Position numbers and translations under genes: made by a program. Under the pieces are notes generated by a model. The model made no database searches, was not told the origin of the DNA, and saw only the letters and a list, made by a program, of their open reading frames with translations. From NCBI GenBank assembly GCA_018897195.1, contig JAHILH010000001.1, forward strand, positions 284,565 to 348,564: a stretch of DNA of 64,000 nt, read 5' to 3'. This document shows positions 31,953 to 42,219 of the stretch, in pieces (the stretch's first letter is position 1; every line of letters starts with the position of its first letter). This DNA comes from Patescibacteria group bacterium. Its GTDB lineage: Bacteria > Patescibacteriota > Patescibacteriia > Patescibacteriales > UBA12075.

Positions 31953-32705
31953 ATGAAAAAACCATCACTTAAAAAAATTAATATTGATTATTTTTTGACG
32001 TATCCTCTTATTTTTATAATTCTGGGGATTTTTTTATTGCCAAAATTAGCTTTTTTATCCTCAATCACCGAGCAAAATATTATCAACCTTACAAACAAAG
32101 AAAGAGTCAGCTTGAGTATTCCCGCCTTAACCACTAATGAATTATTAACCAAAGCGGCTTACGCCAAGGCTAAGTCAATTGTCGAATCTCAGACTTTCCA
32201 ACACGATATTGGCGACAAAAGGTTTTCTAGCTGGATAAAAGGCGTTGATTACAAATATACCTACGTCGGTGAGAATTTAGCCTTAGATTTTACAACTAGT
32301 GAAGGCACAATTAAGGCCTGGCTCAATTCCCCAAGTCATAAAAAAAACCTTTTAAATGATAAATTCAAAGAAACTGGCGTGGCTGTCATCGAAGATAAGT
32401 TCCAGGGCAAAAGTACTACAATAATTGTGCAAATATTTGGCACGCCCGTCACACCTCTTGTCAATGAAATTATTACCCCTGAATCAAAAACTAACGATAT
32501 TGTCGCCAAAGTCGATAATAACATAAATAAAAATATTAGTTTAAATCCAGTCAAATACAAACCAAACCTATTTGAATCTTCATTGGATATAGTATATAAT
32601 AAGAAGATATCTGCCATTATTTTACTAAATTTTGTGACCATACTGCTCTTAACTGTCGCTTTTGCCAGTCATAAGATAATTAAGTCACACAAAAAAACAA
32701 GCTAA
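31953..32705 (+). CDS. Membrane-anchored CAP/SCP domain protein
   Basis: Start placed at ATG 31953 (MKKPSLKKI...). CAP-like motifs: NKERVSLSIPALTTNELLTKAAYAKAK, YVGENLA, AWLNSPSHKKNLL. N- and C-terminal hydrophobic helices. Confidence 0.6.
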   Translation: MKKPSLKKINIDYFLTYPLIFIILGIFLLPKLAFLSSITEQNIINLTNKERVSLSIPALTTNELLTKAAYAKAKSIVESQTFQHDIGDKRFSSWIKGVDYKYTYVGENLALDFTTSEGTIKAWLNSPSHKKNLLNDKFKETGVAVIEDKFQGKSTTIIVQIFGTPVTPLVNEIITPESKTNDIVAKVDNNINKNISLNPVKYKPNLFESSLDIVYNKKISAIILLNFVTILLLTVAFASHKIIKSHKKTS

Positions 32706-33139
32706 TGTATGAAATAATCCTCCTGCCAGCGCTGGCTGGACTAACAGCGCAATTGATAAAATTTTTTGTCAATTCAAATAACTTAAAAATCAATCTCTCC
32801 AATCTTGCTGCCTATTCAGGAATGCCGTCCGGTCATTCAGCCATGATGTTCTCGTTGTCGACGATTGTCGGTCTCACCGAAGGATTTGATTCAGCCCTTT
32901 TTGCCGTAACATTTGTTATGACCGTCTTAATCATTCGCGATGCCGTCGGATTGCGGCAATATCTTGGACAGCACGGCAAAACCCTAAACTTACTCGTCAA
33001 AGACCTAGATGAAGATAAAATGCTTGACAACACTTACCCTCACTTACTAGAAAAAATCGGTCACACGCCTCTTCAAGTCTTTGTTGGCAGTATCATTGGC
33101 ATCTCTATAAGTTTGATTGGCTTCTACTTAATAAACTAA
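32705..33139 (+). CDS. Divergent PAP2 / DUF212 (YuiD-like) membrane protein
   Basis: LTAQLIKFF, GMPSGHSAMMFSL, IRDAVGLRQYLGQHG, GHTPLQVFVGSIIG. Confidence 0.7.
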   Translation: MYEIILLPALAGLTAQLIKFFVNSNNLKINLSNLAAYSGMPSGHSAMMFSLSTIVGLTEGFDSALFAVTFVMTVLIIRDAVGLRQYLGQHGKTLNLLVKDLDEDKMLDNTYPHLLEKIGHTPLQVFVGSIIGISISLIGFYLIN

Positions 33140-33150
33140 ATTCTCAATTA

Positions 33151-33177
33151 AAAAATCCGCTCTAAGGCGGATTTTTT
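33151..33177. terminator. Bidirectional terminator between convergent genes
   Basis: AAAAATCCGC-TCTAA-GGCGGATTTTTT. Confidence 0.7.
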
Positions 33178-33194
33178 AATATCTAAAAATAAAA

Positions 33195-34793
33195 TTACAT
33201 CAAACTCATACCCGTCATTTCTTTCGGCTTCTTCAGGCCCAAGACTTTTAAGATAGTTGGCGCAATATCAGACAAGATTCCCTGTGGCTGAATAAGACTC
33301 AGGTCACTGCCGGCCACATTCTTCCAGCCAAAGCTTTTGCCGCGATATTCATTACCTACAACGATAAAAGGCACTGGGTTGGAGGTATGTTCCTTGTCTA
33401 TTTGACCGGTTTGCATATTAAACATCACCTCAGCATTGCCATGATCAGCTGTTATCATCAAGACGCCGTTTTTACTTAATATAGCCTTGGCAACTCGAGC
33501 CACGCATTTATCCAAAAACTCCACACCCTTAATCGCCGCCGCGATATTGCCGGTATGACCGACCATGTCAGCATTGGCATAATTAACGATTATCATGTTA
33601 TGTTTATCGCTTTCAATTTCGCTAAGTAATTTTTCGGTTATTTCCGCTGCTGACATTTCTGGTTTCGCATCATAACTGGAAACCTGCGGTGAAGGAACTA
33701 GGGCATGCTCTTCACCGGGCGCCTTTGTTTCTCGACCTCCATTAAAAAAATATGTTACGTGGGCATATTTTTCTGTTTCCGCAATCCGTAACTGTGTTAA
33801 CCCGCCGTCTGCCACAACATCGCCAAGAGTATTCTTAATTTCATCGGATTCAAAAACTACACTCACGGGCAATCCTTTTTCGTATTCCGTAAAGCAAGCA
33901 AAATATAAATTATCAATCTTTTTTTCACGATTAAATTTTTCCACTTTTTCGTCTACAAACGCCTTTGTTATTTGTCGAGCGCGGTCTGGACGAAAATTAT
34001 AAAAAACAATTGCATCATTATCATTGATTAAAGCGACTGGCTTTCCATCCTTCTCAATAACCGTGGGTATAAATTCTTCATCATATACCTTATTATTATA
34101 GCTTTTTTCAATGGCCGAAATAGCACTTTCTGCCTTATTTCCAACTCCAGCCGTCATCGTCACGTAGGCTTTTTCTATTCTATCCCAATTATTATTTCTA
34201 TCCATGGTGTAAAATCGTCCCGCAATCGAAGCAATCGCGCCTACGCCATACTCGGCAATACTTCTTTCGACACCTTTGATAAAATTCATACCACTGTTAT
34301 AAGAAGTGTCTCGTCCATCTAATATGGCGTGTACGTAGGCCTTTTCAATTCCCTGCTCCTTGGCTAAAACTAAAAGAGCGTGCAAATGGTCAATCGAACC
34401 ATGCACACAACCGTTAGAAACAACGCCCATAAAATGCAATTTGGAATTATTTTTTTTGACATGCTCAATAGCCTCGAGTAGCACCTTATTTTGATAAAAA
34501 GTATTGTCGCTAATTTCCTTATTAATTCTAGGAAGATCTTGATAAAGAATTTTTCCCAAGCCAATATTAACATGTCCGACTTCACTATTACCAGGCTCAC
34601 CCCATGGCAAACCAACTGCTTCACCGCTTGCGCGTAAAGTCATTGACGGATATTCAGAAATCAAACTATTAATAAACGGAGTGTTTGACTGAGTTATTGC
34701 ATTGCCAGTATAAGGTTGTCCAATGCCCCATCCATCAAGAATTACCAAAACAACTGGCTTTGGTATTTTTATTTCAATATTTTCTTTCATCAT
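33195..34793 (-). CDS. gpmI: 2,3-bisphosphoglycerate-independent phosphoglycerate mutase (copy 1)
   Basis: LVILDGWG, GNSEVGHVNIG, LDGRDT, ADMVGHTGN, TADHGNAE, EHTSNPVPF. All metal and phosphoserine motifs are intact. Confidence 0.9.
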   Translation of the reverse strand: MMKENIEIKIPKPVVLVILDGWGIGQPYTGNAITQSNTPFINSLISEYPSMTLRASGEAVGLPWGEPGNSEVGHVNIGLGKILYQDLPRINKEISDNTFYQNKVLLEAIEHVKKNNSKLHFMGVVSNGCVHGSIDHLHALLVLAKEQGIEKAYVHAILDGRDTSYNSGMNFIKGVERSIAEYGVGAIASIAGRFYTMDRNNNWDRIEKAYVTMTAGVGNKAESAISAIEKSYNNKVYDEEFIPTVIEKDGKPVALINDNDAIVFYNFRPDRARQITKAFVDEKVEKFNREKKIDNLYFACFTEYEKGLPVSVVFESDEIKNTLGDVVADGGLTQLRIAETEKYAHVTYFFNGGRETKAPGEEHALVPSPQVSSYDAKPEMSAAEITEKLLSEIESDKHNMIIVNYANADMVGHTGNIAAAIKGVEFLDKCVARVAKAILSKNGVLMITADHGNAEVMFNMQTGQIDKEHTSNPVPFIVVGNEYRGKSFGWKNVAGSDLSLIQPQGILSDIAPTILKVLGLKKPKEMTGMSLM

Positions 34794-34819
34794 ATAATAA
34801 AATTAATTATTAGTTTTAT

Positions 34820-36394
34820 TTAAATAAGGCTTTTCCCGCTCATTTCTTTTGATTTTTCTATATCCAATAATTTTAATATTGTCGGCGCAATATCGCACAG
34901 GCTACCGTTTTTTCTTAATGTAATATTTTTATTATTATTTTTATTAATCAAAATAAATGGAACTTTATTAGTCGTATGCTCAGTATAAACCTCTTCTGTT
35001 TCCAAGTTTATCATTTCTTCAATGTTGCCATGATCAGCGGTAACGAGCACCGTTCCATTAATATTGAGGTAGGCCTCAACAATTCTCCCCAAACAGACAT
35101 CTACGCTTTCACAACATTTTATGCCCGCCGTAATATTGCCAGTATGTCCAATCATGTCGGGCGCCGCAAAATTTACAAAGGTGAAATCGTATTTTGCTTT
35201 ATTGTTTTTTATGTTTTCTAACACTACGTTTGTTAATTCCGACGAACTCATGCTTGGAGTTTCATCATATGATTTGACATCCGGAGACGGAACCATTACT
35301 TGATCTTCACCAGCGACTGTCCCGGAATAACCACCATTAAAAAAATAGGTTACATGGGCATATTTTTCTGTTTCTGCCAAATAGAGTTGCTTAAAATTCG
35401 CAAGTGCCATTGGCAAAGTGTTTGTAATATCAATACCAGGATAAGCCGTCAAAACTTCACTCAAGTCTGGTCCAAAATCAGTCATAGCAACAAAATAAAG
35501 ATGTTCTAGTTTTTTACCACGCAAAAAAGCGCCAGGATTCTTGACATCAAAACCATGCTGCATAAAAGCCTTAGTTAATTGCCGACTACGATCTGACCGT
35601 AAATTAAAAAAGATAACACTATCCCCATCTTCTATTCGAGTATTTGTTTTTTCATCATTGGTGATGATGCATGGCTCAATATACTCATCACTCTCGCCAC
35701 GATTATAAGCCTCAGTAATAGCACCAATGGCCGTTGATGCCATTTTTCCTTTGTTAATCGTCAGGGTGTTAAAAGTTTTTTCCGTTCTTGACCATTTCTT
35801 TTTACGATCCATGGCATAAAATCTACCAACGATTGTGGCAATTTTAAAATTACCCAAATGATTTTTTTCCAGATCTTGAATCAATTTCAATGAAGCATAT
35901 TTAGGGGAATCTCGTCCGTCGGTATATAGATGCAAATATGCATCTTTAACGTTGTTATTTTTCAACATCTCAATCAAGGCAATAAGGTGTCCTGGGTCGC
36001 TGTGAGGACTTTGACCATTTGATAACATTCCCATTAAATGTATTTTTGAATTCATTTTACGAGCATGTCTGATCGCACCTAAAAAAGCCGAATTTTTTAC
36101 AAACGTGCCATTATCAATGGATTTGCTAATTATTACCGACTCTTGTTCCACTAATCGGCCAGCGCCAATATTCATGTGCCCTGCCTCACTATTACCAACT
36201 TGACCGTCGGGCAAGCCAACATACTTTCCATGGGCATAAAGAGTTGTATTGGGATATTTTTTTATCAATGAATTAAATACCGGTGTCTTCGACAAAGAAA
36301 TAGCATTACCACGATTTGGATCACCAATTCCCCAGCCATCCAAAACTATCAATATCATTGGTGACGTTGTTTCATTTTCGACTTTTTTAATCAT
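34820..36394 (-). CDS. gpmI: 2,3-bisphosphoglycerate-independent phosphoglycerate mutase (copy 2, diverged tandem paralog)
   Basis: LIVLDGWG, GNSEAGHMNIG, TDGRDS, PDMIGHTGN, TADHGNIE, EHTTNKVPF. The motifs are intact but the sequence is clearly diverged from copy 1. Confidence 0.85.
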   Translation of the reverse strand: MIKKVENETTSPMILIVLDGWGIGDPNRGNAISLSKTPVFNSLIKKYPNTTLYAHGKYVGLPDGQVGNSEAGHMNIGAGRLVEQESVIISKSIDNGTFVKNSAFLGAIRHARKMNSKIHLMGMLSNGQSPHSDPGHLIALIEMLKNNNVKDAYLHLYTDGRDSPKYASLKLIQDLEKNHLGNFKIATIVGRFYAMDRKKKWSRTEKTFNTLTINKGKMASTAIGAITEAYNRGESDEYIEPCIITNDEKTNTRIEDGDSVIFFNLRSDRSRQLTKAFMQHGFDVKNPGAFLRGKKLEHLYFVAMTDFGPDLSEVLTAYPGIDITNTLPMALANFKQLYLAETEKYAHVTYFFNGGYSGTVAGEDQVMVPSPDVKSYDETPSMSSSELTNVVLENIKNNKAKYDFTFVNFAAPDMIGHTGNITAGIKCCESVDVCLGRIVEAYLNINGTVLVTADHGNIEEMINLETEEVYTEHTTNKVPFILINKNNNKNITLRKNGSLCDIAPTILKLLDIEKSKEMSGKSLI

Positions 36395-36409
36395 ATATTT
36401 CTCGAAATA

Positions 36410-37672
36410 TTATTTTAAATTTAATTGGTCTTCAATCTCCATTAATCGGTTATACTTTACCAAGCGTTCACCTCTTGATAGTGAACCAGACTTAATATAT
36501 TCAGCGCCAACAGCGACAGCTAAGTCTGCAATAAAGTCGTCGGTTGTCTCACCACTACGATGCGAAATCATTAATTTGTAATTATGAGTTTGAGCCAATT
36601 TAATACAGTCGATTGTTTCTGACAACGTCCCTACCTGATTTAATTTTATCAAAACAGCATTGGCTGCTTTTTCCTTTAGGCCAATTCGCAGTCTATTTGA
36701 ATTTGTCACGAACAAATCGTCACCGATTAACAACATGTGACTACCCAATTCTTTTGTTAACTCTCTCCAGCCTTCCCAATCATCTTGGTCAAGACCGTCT
36801 TCGATGGAAATAATCGGGAATTTTCGATACCATTCATTATATAAACCAATTAAGTTGTTTGAAGAAAATTGCGCCTGATCAAGCTTAAAAATATATTTCT
36901 TAGTTTCGTGATTATAGAGCTCCGAAGAACCAACATCCATACCTAAGCCAATATCCTCTCCGGGCTTGTAACCACAATTAATCATTGCGGCCATTATCAT
37001 TTCAATTGCTTGAACACTGTTGTAAATATCTGGAGCATAGCCACCTTCGTTACCAACATCAGTATCCAAATTTCTAGATTTTAAAACATGACCTAGCTCG
37101 TGAAAAATTTCCGCGCCCATGCGCACTTTTTCCTTGAAGGGAATGTTCTTCATTGGCAAAATCATAAACTCTTGAAAATCCAAATTTGTATCAGCGTGCT
37201 TGCCACCGTTAAAAATATTAAATGATGGTGTCGGCAAGGCAAATTTTTCTTTTTTAAATTTAAAAGTTGAGCCGATATATTCATACAATTCTTGACCCTG
37301 CGCCAATGCTGCCGTTCGTGCTACAGCCATAGAAACGGACAGAATTGCATTCGCCCCCAATCTTTTTTTATTCTCGGTGCCGTCCAAATCAATCATTATT
37401 TTATCAATCTTTTCTTGCTTGGTCACATCTACGCCTTTTAATTTTTTTGCAATTTCAGTGTTGACATTTTTTACCGCCTGCAAAACTCCTTGTCCGCTAT
37501 ATCTTTTTTTATCGCCATCTCGAAGCTCGTAAGCTTCGTAAATACCAGTGGAAGCACCAGAAGGGACACTCGCCTTGGCTGAAATGCCGTTTTCCAAGAT
37601 TACTTTTGTTTCTACAGTTGGATTTCCTCGTGAATCTAAAATTTCACGAGCAATGATTTCTTTTATTTTCAT
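36410..37672 (-). CDS. eno: Enolase
   Basis: MKIKEIIAREILDSRGNPTVE, SGETTD, IKLNQVGTLSET. Confidence 0.95.
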   Translation of the reverse strand: MKIKEIIAREILDSRGNPTVETKVILENGISAKASVPSGASTGIYEAYELRDGDKKRYSGQGVLQAVKNVNTEIAKKLKGVDVTKQEKIDKIMIDLDGTENKKRLGANAILSVSMAVARTAALAQGQELYEYIGSTFKFKKEKFALPTPSFNIFNGGKHADTNLDFQEFMILPMKNIPFKEKVRMGAEIFHELGHVLKSRNLDTDVGNEGGYAPDIYNSVQAIEMIMAAMINCGYKPGEDIGLGMDVGSSELYNHETKKYIFKLDQAQFSSNNLIGLYNEWYRKFPIISIEDGLDQDDWEGWRELTKELGSHMLLIGDDLFVTNSNRLRIGLKEKAANAVLIKLNQVGTLSETIDCIKLAQTHNYKLMISHRSGETTDDFIADLAVAVGAEYIKSGSLSRGERLVKYNRLMEIEDQLNLK

Positions 37673-37735
37673 ACACCTTTAGACAACTAGACAGCCAGAT
37701 AACTGGACAGCTAGAATATTTAAAAATTATTGTTC

Positions 37736-38905
37736 CTAACTCACTAACCCTTCTAAACCGGGCATTTTTTCGCCACCCAGATAGCTCAACATTGCGCCGC
37801 CACCGGTCGAAATCCAATCAATGCCATATTCCATTTTTAGCGCACGTAAAGCTTCAACGGTTTCACCGCCGCCAACCACGCCAAAGGTTGGACCCTTGGA
37901 CCGCGCAGCCACATATTGGGCTAGGGCCATCGTACCGGTTTTAAAAATCTTGATTTCAAAAAAACCCATCGGACCGTTCCAGATTATCGTTTTAGCCTTC
38001 TTGATTTCATGGGCATATAATTTAATTGTTTCTGGTCCGATATCAAAAATATAATCCCTATCTGTTATTTCATTTAATTTTCTAATTTTAATATCTCCAC
38101 CCGTTTTACTTGCACTCACCACAACATCTACCGGCAAAAGAATATTTTTTCGATCCAATTTTTTGGCAAAATCCAAATACTCCTTATCAATCATGGACTT
38201 GCCCACATTAAAACCATCAACTTTAAAAAAATTATTTGCCAAGGCACCACCAATCATTACGCGGTGCGCTTTTTTTTGTAAATTTTTTATCAATTTAATT
38301 TTCGTCTTAATTTTAGCACCGCCAATCAAGACTACTAGTGGGTCAACAGGGTGCAAAGCTTTATTCAAACTTAAAACCTCTTGCTCCAAGAGTAAACCAG
38401 CATACGAGGGGATATATTTCTTGATTGCACTGACACTTGCCTCGGCTCGATGACAGACAGAAAAAGCATCATTAACATAAACCTCAGCTAGTTTAGCTAA
38501 CTTCTTAGCCAGCTTCACATCATTGGTTAATTCCCCTTTTTCGTAACGAATATTTTCTAACATCACAATTTCGCCCGCCTTCATCTTGCCCAAAATTGTT
38601 CCGCCAGCTAAAGAAGCAAAATTATCAATAACCCTTATCTTCTTACCCAAAAGCTGCGTTAACTTTCTTACAATCGGCTTCACGGAGAATTGTTCTTCTC
38701 TTTTGTCAGGATTTGGCTTACCCAAATGCGTTATCAAAATTATTTTACAATCGTGGTTAAGTAAAAAATTAATCGTGTCCAAGGCCTTAAGAATGCGATA
38801 ATCATCAAGCACCTTGCCGCCCTTGATTGGCACATTAAAATCAACTCGCAACAAAACTTTTTTGCCGTGTAAATCTTTATAATGATTAATTGATTTAATT
38901 TTCAT
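37736..38905 (-). CDS. pgk: Phosphoglycerate kinase
   Basis: Start placed at ATG 38905 (MKIKSINHYKDLHGKKVLLRVDFNVP). The track start at 38920 lies inside the repeat end. GGGETV and STGGGA motifs are present. Confidence 0.9.
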   Translation of the reverse strand: MKIKSINHYKDLHGKKVLLRVDFNVPIKGGKVLDDYRILKALDTINFLLNHDCKIILITHLGKPNPDKREEQFSVKPIVRKLTQLLGKKIRVIDNFASLAGGTILGKMKAGEIVMLENIRYEKGELTNDVKLAKKLAKLAEVYVNDAFSVCHRAEASVSAIKKYIPSYAGLLLEQEVLSLNKALHPVDPLVVLIGGAKIKTKIKLIKNLQKKAHRVMIGGALANNFFKVDGFNVGKSMIDKEYLDFAKKLDRKNILLPVDVVVSASKTGGDIKIRKLNEITDRDYIFDIGPETIKLYAHEIKKAKTIIWNGPMGFFEIKIFKTGTMALAQYVAARSKGPTFGVVGGGETVEALRALKMEYGIDWISTGGGAMLSYLGGEKMPGLEGLVS

Positions 38906-38915
38906 ATTTTTTTCC

Positions 38916-39084
38916 GTCATCCCCGCGAAGGCGGGGATCCAGGTACCTCGTAGATTGTTATCAGTATAAGGAGAATTAAAATTTACAAAGTATTATTTAT
39001 TATCAATATTATTATGAAGATGAATCTCTATAATTATGTATCCAAAGTATGTGGCGCCTGGATCCCCGCCTTCGCGGGGATGAC
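38916..39084 (-). mobile_element. REPIN/MITE-like element, copy D (169 bp, inverted relative to A-C)
   Basis: The reverse complement aligns end to end with copy B, including the internal blocks ATTATAGAGA, AATTTTAAT, CTCCTTATACTGA and CTACGAGGTACCTGG. Lies between the mreB stop and the pgk start. Confidence 0.8.
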
Positions 39085-39094
39085 GATTTAGAAA

Positions 39095-40102
39095 CTATTT
39101 AGTTGCTAAAATACTACGTTTGTAACTATCGAGATTTTCTAAAGCAATACCAGTACCTTTGGCCACACAGAGCAACGGATCATCAGCTACATAGGCAGGA
39201 ACACCCGTTGTACGAGAAAGCAATTGATCAATATTGCGCAATTGTGAACTACCACCAGATAACACCATTCCCTTATCCATAATATCAGCCGACAATTCAG
39301 GTGGCGTGTCGTGTAAAACTTTTTTGGCCGCACTAATAATAGCTTCTAGTTCGTGCTGCAGGGCCTCCGTTACATCACTACTGGTAATCGTAATACCACG
39401 TGGCAAGCCTGTCAAAATATCGCGACCACGAATTTCCATTGTTAATTTATCTTCCAAGTATAAAGCTGAGCCAATATTAATCTTAATATCCTCCGCTGTT
39501 CTTTCGCCAATCGCTAAATTATATTTTCGACGCACGTATTCCAAAATCGACGCGTCAAATTTATTTCCACCCACACGAACTGAAGTCGCCGACACGATAC
39601 CACCCAAGGAAATTACCGCCATTTCGGCTGTACCACCACCAATATCCACAATCATATGTCCAGAGGCGGAGCCAATCGGAATATCAGCGCCAATCGCAGC
39701 CGCTACCGGCTCTTTGATAATATAAGCCGCCTTCGCGCCAGCAGCAATAGTCGCATCAATCACAGCACGTCTTTCTGTCGAGGAAATGCCAGCCGGTACG
39801 GCTACCATCACCTCGGGACGAAATAAACGCACGCCACCAACAGCCTTATTAATAAAATAACGTAACATTGCTTCAGTTGTTCGATAATCAGCAATTACAC
39901 CATCTTTCAAAGGCTTAATAGCGATAATCGAATCAGGGGTGCGGCCCAACATGTCCTTAGCCTCATTGCCAACGGCCAAGATTTTTTTGTCCGCCATGGA
40001 CACAGCCACCACGCTTGGCTCGTTAATTACTATTCCTCTTTTTGGTAAATGAACTAAGGTGTAGGTTGTTCCTAGGTCAATTCCAATTCTTTTTATAAAC
40101 AT
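39095..40102 (-). CDS. mreB: Rod-shape-determining protein MreB
   Basis: [44 protein letters not shown]. Confidence 0.95.
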   Translation of the reverse strand: MFIKRIGIDLGTTYTLVHLPKRGIVINEPSVVAVSMADKKILAVGNEAKDMLGRTPDSIIAIKPLKDGVIADYRTTEAMLRYFINKAVGGVRLFRPEVMVAVPAGISSTERRAVIDATIAAGAKAAYIIKEPVAAAIGADIPIGSASGHMIVDIGGGTAEMAVISLGGIVSATSVRVGGNKFDASILEYVRRKYNLAIGERTAEDIKINIGSALYLEDKLTMEIRGRDILTGLPRGITITSSDVTEALQHELEAIISAAKKVLHDTPPELSADIMDKGMVLSGGSSQLRNIDQLLSRTTGVPAYVADDPLLCVAKGTGIALENLDSYKRSILATK

Positions 40103-40133
40103 ATTTTAAACGTAAATTTGCGCCTCTCCCGCA

Positions 40134-42149
40134 CTACTTAATTAATACTGTAAATTTCTTATCTGTTTCAAAAACATCAGACCAGTTTATTTTATTATCA
40201 TTTTCTTTTTTAACAAATAACCCAGTCGGATTATAGCTTTTTATTTTTTTATCAAAATTAAAATCAACATTAAAGGCGCCATATCTACTGCCGGCCTGCT
40301 TTTGTAAATAAAAATTATATTCTTTATTTTTATTTATGCTATCTGCCACCGTCGATGGCAATTTATATTTCAATGTTATTTCTTTAATGGTGCCTGGCTC
40401 AATCGAAACAAAAGTTGTATAAACTGTTTTACCCAGTTCGTTATAAGTCGTCACCTTTTCACCATCAAGACCATCGGCACCGATAAATTCGCTACCTTCG
40501 GGTACATAAAATCGAACATAGGTTCGATAGCGTGTTGTCTTCCAATCAAAACCTCCACTGTGAATATATTTTATTTTCACCTCTGACGTTAACCCATTGG
40601 CATTTGACTCCACCTTGTAATCCAAACGTCTTTTAATCACCGCATCAGTTTTCAAGCTGGCCATATTGGCATCAACAACCATTAAATAATCTCCCGCCGC
40701 CTGAATCACATTGCCGCCCCAGCCCTGCTTTAAGGCTATATTTTCCAAATTTGTATCATGGAAATAAGCAACAAGATTTTTCTTGTCTACGTTATTGCCA
40801 ACAATTTGAAAAACATTATATAAATCAACTGGCGATAAATCAAAAATTCGCTTTTTCAATTCTTTGGTAATTTCACCAATCACCTCTTTGCGCTCCCAAG
40901 ACGGAACACCTAATTGTACATAACCCTTTTCAACTTTATATTGCAATAAATTTACAAAATTGTCTTGATTATATTCCTCTCCGTTTATCATCATCGGACC
41001 AGTAAACATTAACAAATCAGTAATAAGTTCAGGCGTAATGGCAATCACGCCATCAAAATCTTCATTAAAGTTATTAATATCATCCTTACCGGTTAATAGT
41101 TTATTTTCTTCTTTAAAAAAATATTCAATCTTCTGAGCCGAACTAGGCCAATCAGGCGACCAGTTCGCATCACGCAAAAACCAATTATCCACACCGAGAT
41201 ATTTTTTCAACGGATCCGGTGGGACAATTTTAAGTTTATCCTTGACCGGCATATCCATATGATAAACATCATGAGTATCCATTCGTAAAAAATCACTATC
41301 TTCCATTTGCAAGATACCATAAGTACCAATAAAGCCACCGGTTGGTCGAAGTTCATCACTATTTTGCAAAATCACCAAGAAACTACTCTTCTGTGGATAG
41401 CCCAAGGCCTTAGGTAACAGCTCCATGAAGGGGATAATTTTTTGGGAAGCAGTATTTAGCTCAGATACGCGGTCTCTTAGTTCGGTAATTTTCCCCTCAC
41501 CCAGTCTAAATAATCCAGATATTTTTACTTTTACCAATTCATTATTAGCAAAATCAACCTGTTTTTGAATCTCCTTAAAATCAATCGTACTTTCTGTCAA
41601 AATTTTCAAAACTTTGCGCTTTTCCTCCTTGGTTAATTTCAAAAAACTCTGATCATTATTTAAGGAAGTTTGTAGGTTGGCGCCGATACCTGTTCCGATG
41701 GCCATTGCATGACTAAGCGCATCAATTGACGACACCAAGAAGAAAAAATTATTTTTCTGTTCACTAATATAAAAAAGATTGTCTAAGATAAAATTATTAT
41801 AGCCATCCAAGTTTTGCTTAGCTAGTGAAAAATTACTTTCAGCTAATTTTGAATAATCGTTGGCCGTCTTGAAATCCTTTTCCTTGGCAAAGTAAATAGC
41901 TTGATCAATATTATTCTTGCCGCTTCTCAACTCATTAAAAATATTTACCAGGTTAACCGCATTAAATAATAAAAAAATAAAGGCTAAAACAAAAAAGCCG
42001 ACCATTGTCCAACCGAAGTATTTCAACGCTTTGTCCACCACAACCCTTCTTTTCCTTTCTCTAATTAGCGGCAGCTTGTCATAGACTTTTCTGACATTTT
42101 TTAGCGTATCCAAAAAATTGATGTCAATTTGTTTTTCCTTTTTAAACAT
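40134..42149 (-). CDS. DUF4012 domain membrane-anchored protein
   Basis: N-terminal TM, a long helical region, then LVILQNSDELRPTGGFIGTYGIL, which I recognise as the DUF4012 signature. Confidence 0.7.
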   Translation of the reverse strand: MFKKEKQIDINFLDTLKNVRKVYDKLPLIRERKRRVVVDKALKYFGWTMVGFFVLAFIFLLFNAVNLVNIFNELRSGKNNIDQAIYFAKEKDFKTANDYSKLAESNFSLAKQNLDGYNNFILDNLFYISEQKNNFFFLVSSIDALSHAMAIGTGIGANLQTSLNNDQSFLKLTKEEKRKVLKILTESTIDFKEIQKQVDFANNELVKVKISGLFRLGEGKITELRDRVSELNTASQKIIPFMELLPKALGYPQKSSFLVILQNSDELRPTGGFIGTYGILQMEDSDFLRMDTHDVYHMDMPVKDKLKIVPPDPLKKYLGVDNWFLRDANWSPDWPSSAQKIEYFFKEENKLLTGKDDINNFNEDFDGVIAITPELITDLLMFTGPMMINGEEYNQDNFVNLLQYKVEKGYVQLGVPSWERKEVIGEITKELKKRIFDLSPVDLYNVFQIVGNNVDKKNLVAYFHDTNLENIALKQGWGGNVIQAAGDYLMVVDANMASLKTDAVIKRRLDYKVESNANGLTSEVKIKYIHSGGFDWKTTRYRTYVRFYVPEGSEFIGADGLDGEKVTTYNELGKTVYTTFVSIEPGTIKEITLKYKLPSTVADSINKNKEYNFYLQKQAGSRYGAFNVDFNFDKKIKSYNPTGLFVKKENDNKINWSDVFETDKKFTVLIK

Positions 42150-42219
42150 AATGATATTATAACAGGATATAAGAAGAAAATCAATTTAATTTTTTAGTCA
42201 TGTTTTAAGCTATTTTTGG

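Noticed and set aside
8365-39084. Whether the repeated GTCAT...ATGAC elements could be a CRISPR array
   Set aside because: The copies are tens of kb apart, not tandem, and are ~165 bp long with inverted termini. There is no repeat-spacer periodicity and no cas genes.
39234-39725. 163-aa plus-strand ORF, along with many similar 60-150 aa ORFs inside larger genes (e.g. 4082..4528, 24840..25295, 58074..58463, 14413..14730)
   Set aside because: They are antisense to, or out of frame within, well-supported genes such as mreB, malic enzyme and murJ. They have biased composition and no RBS.
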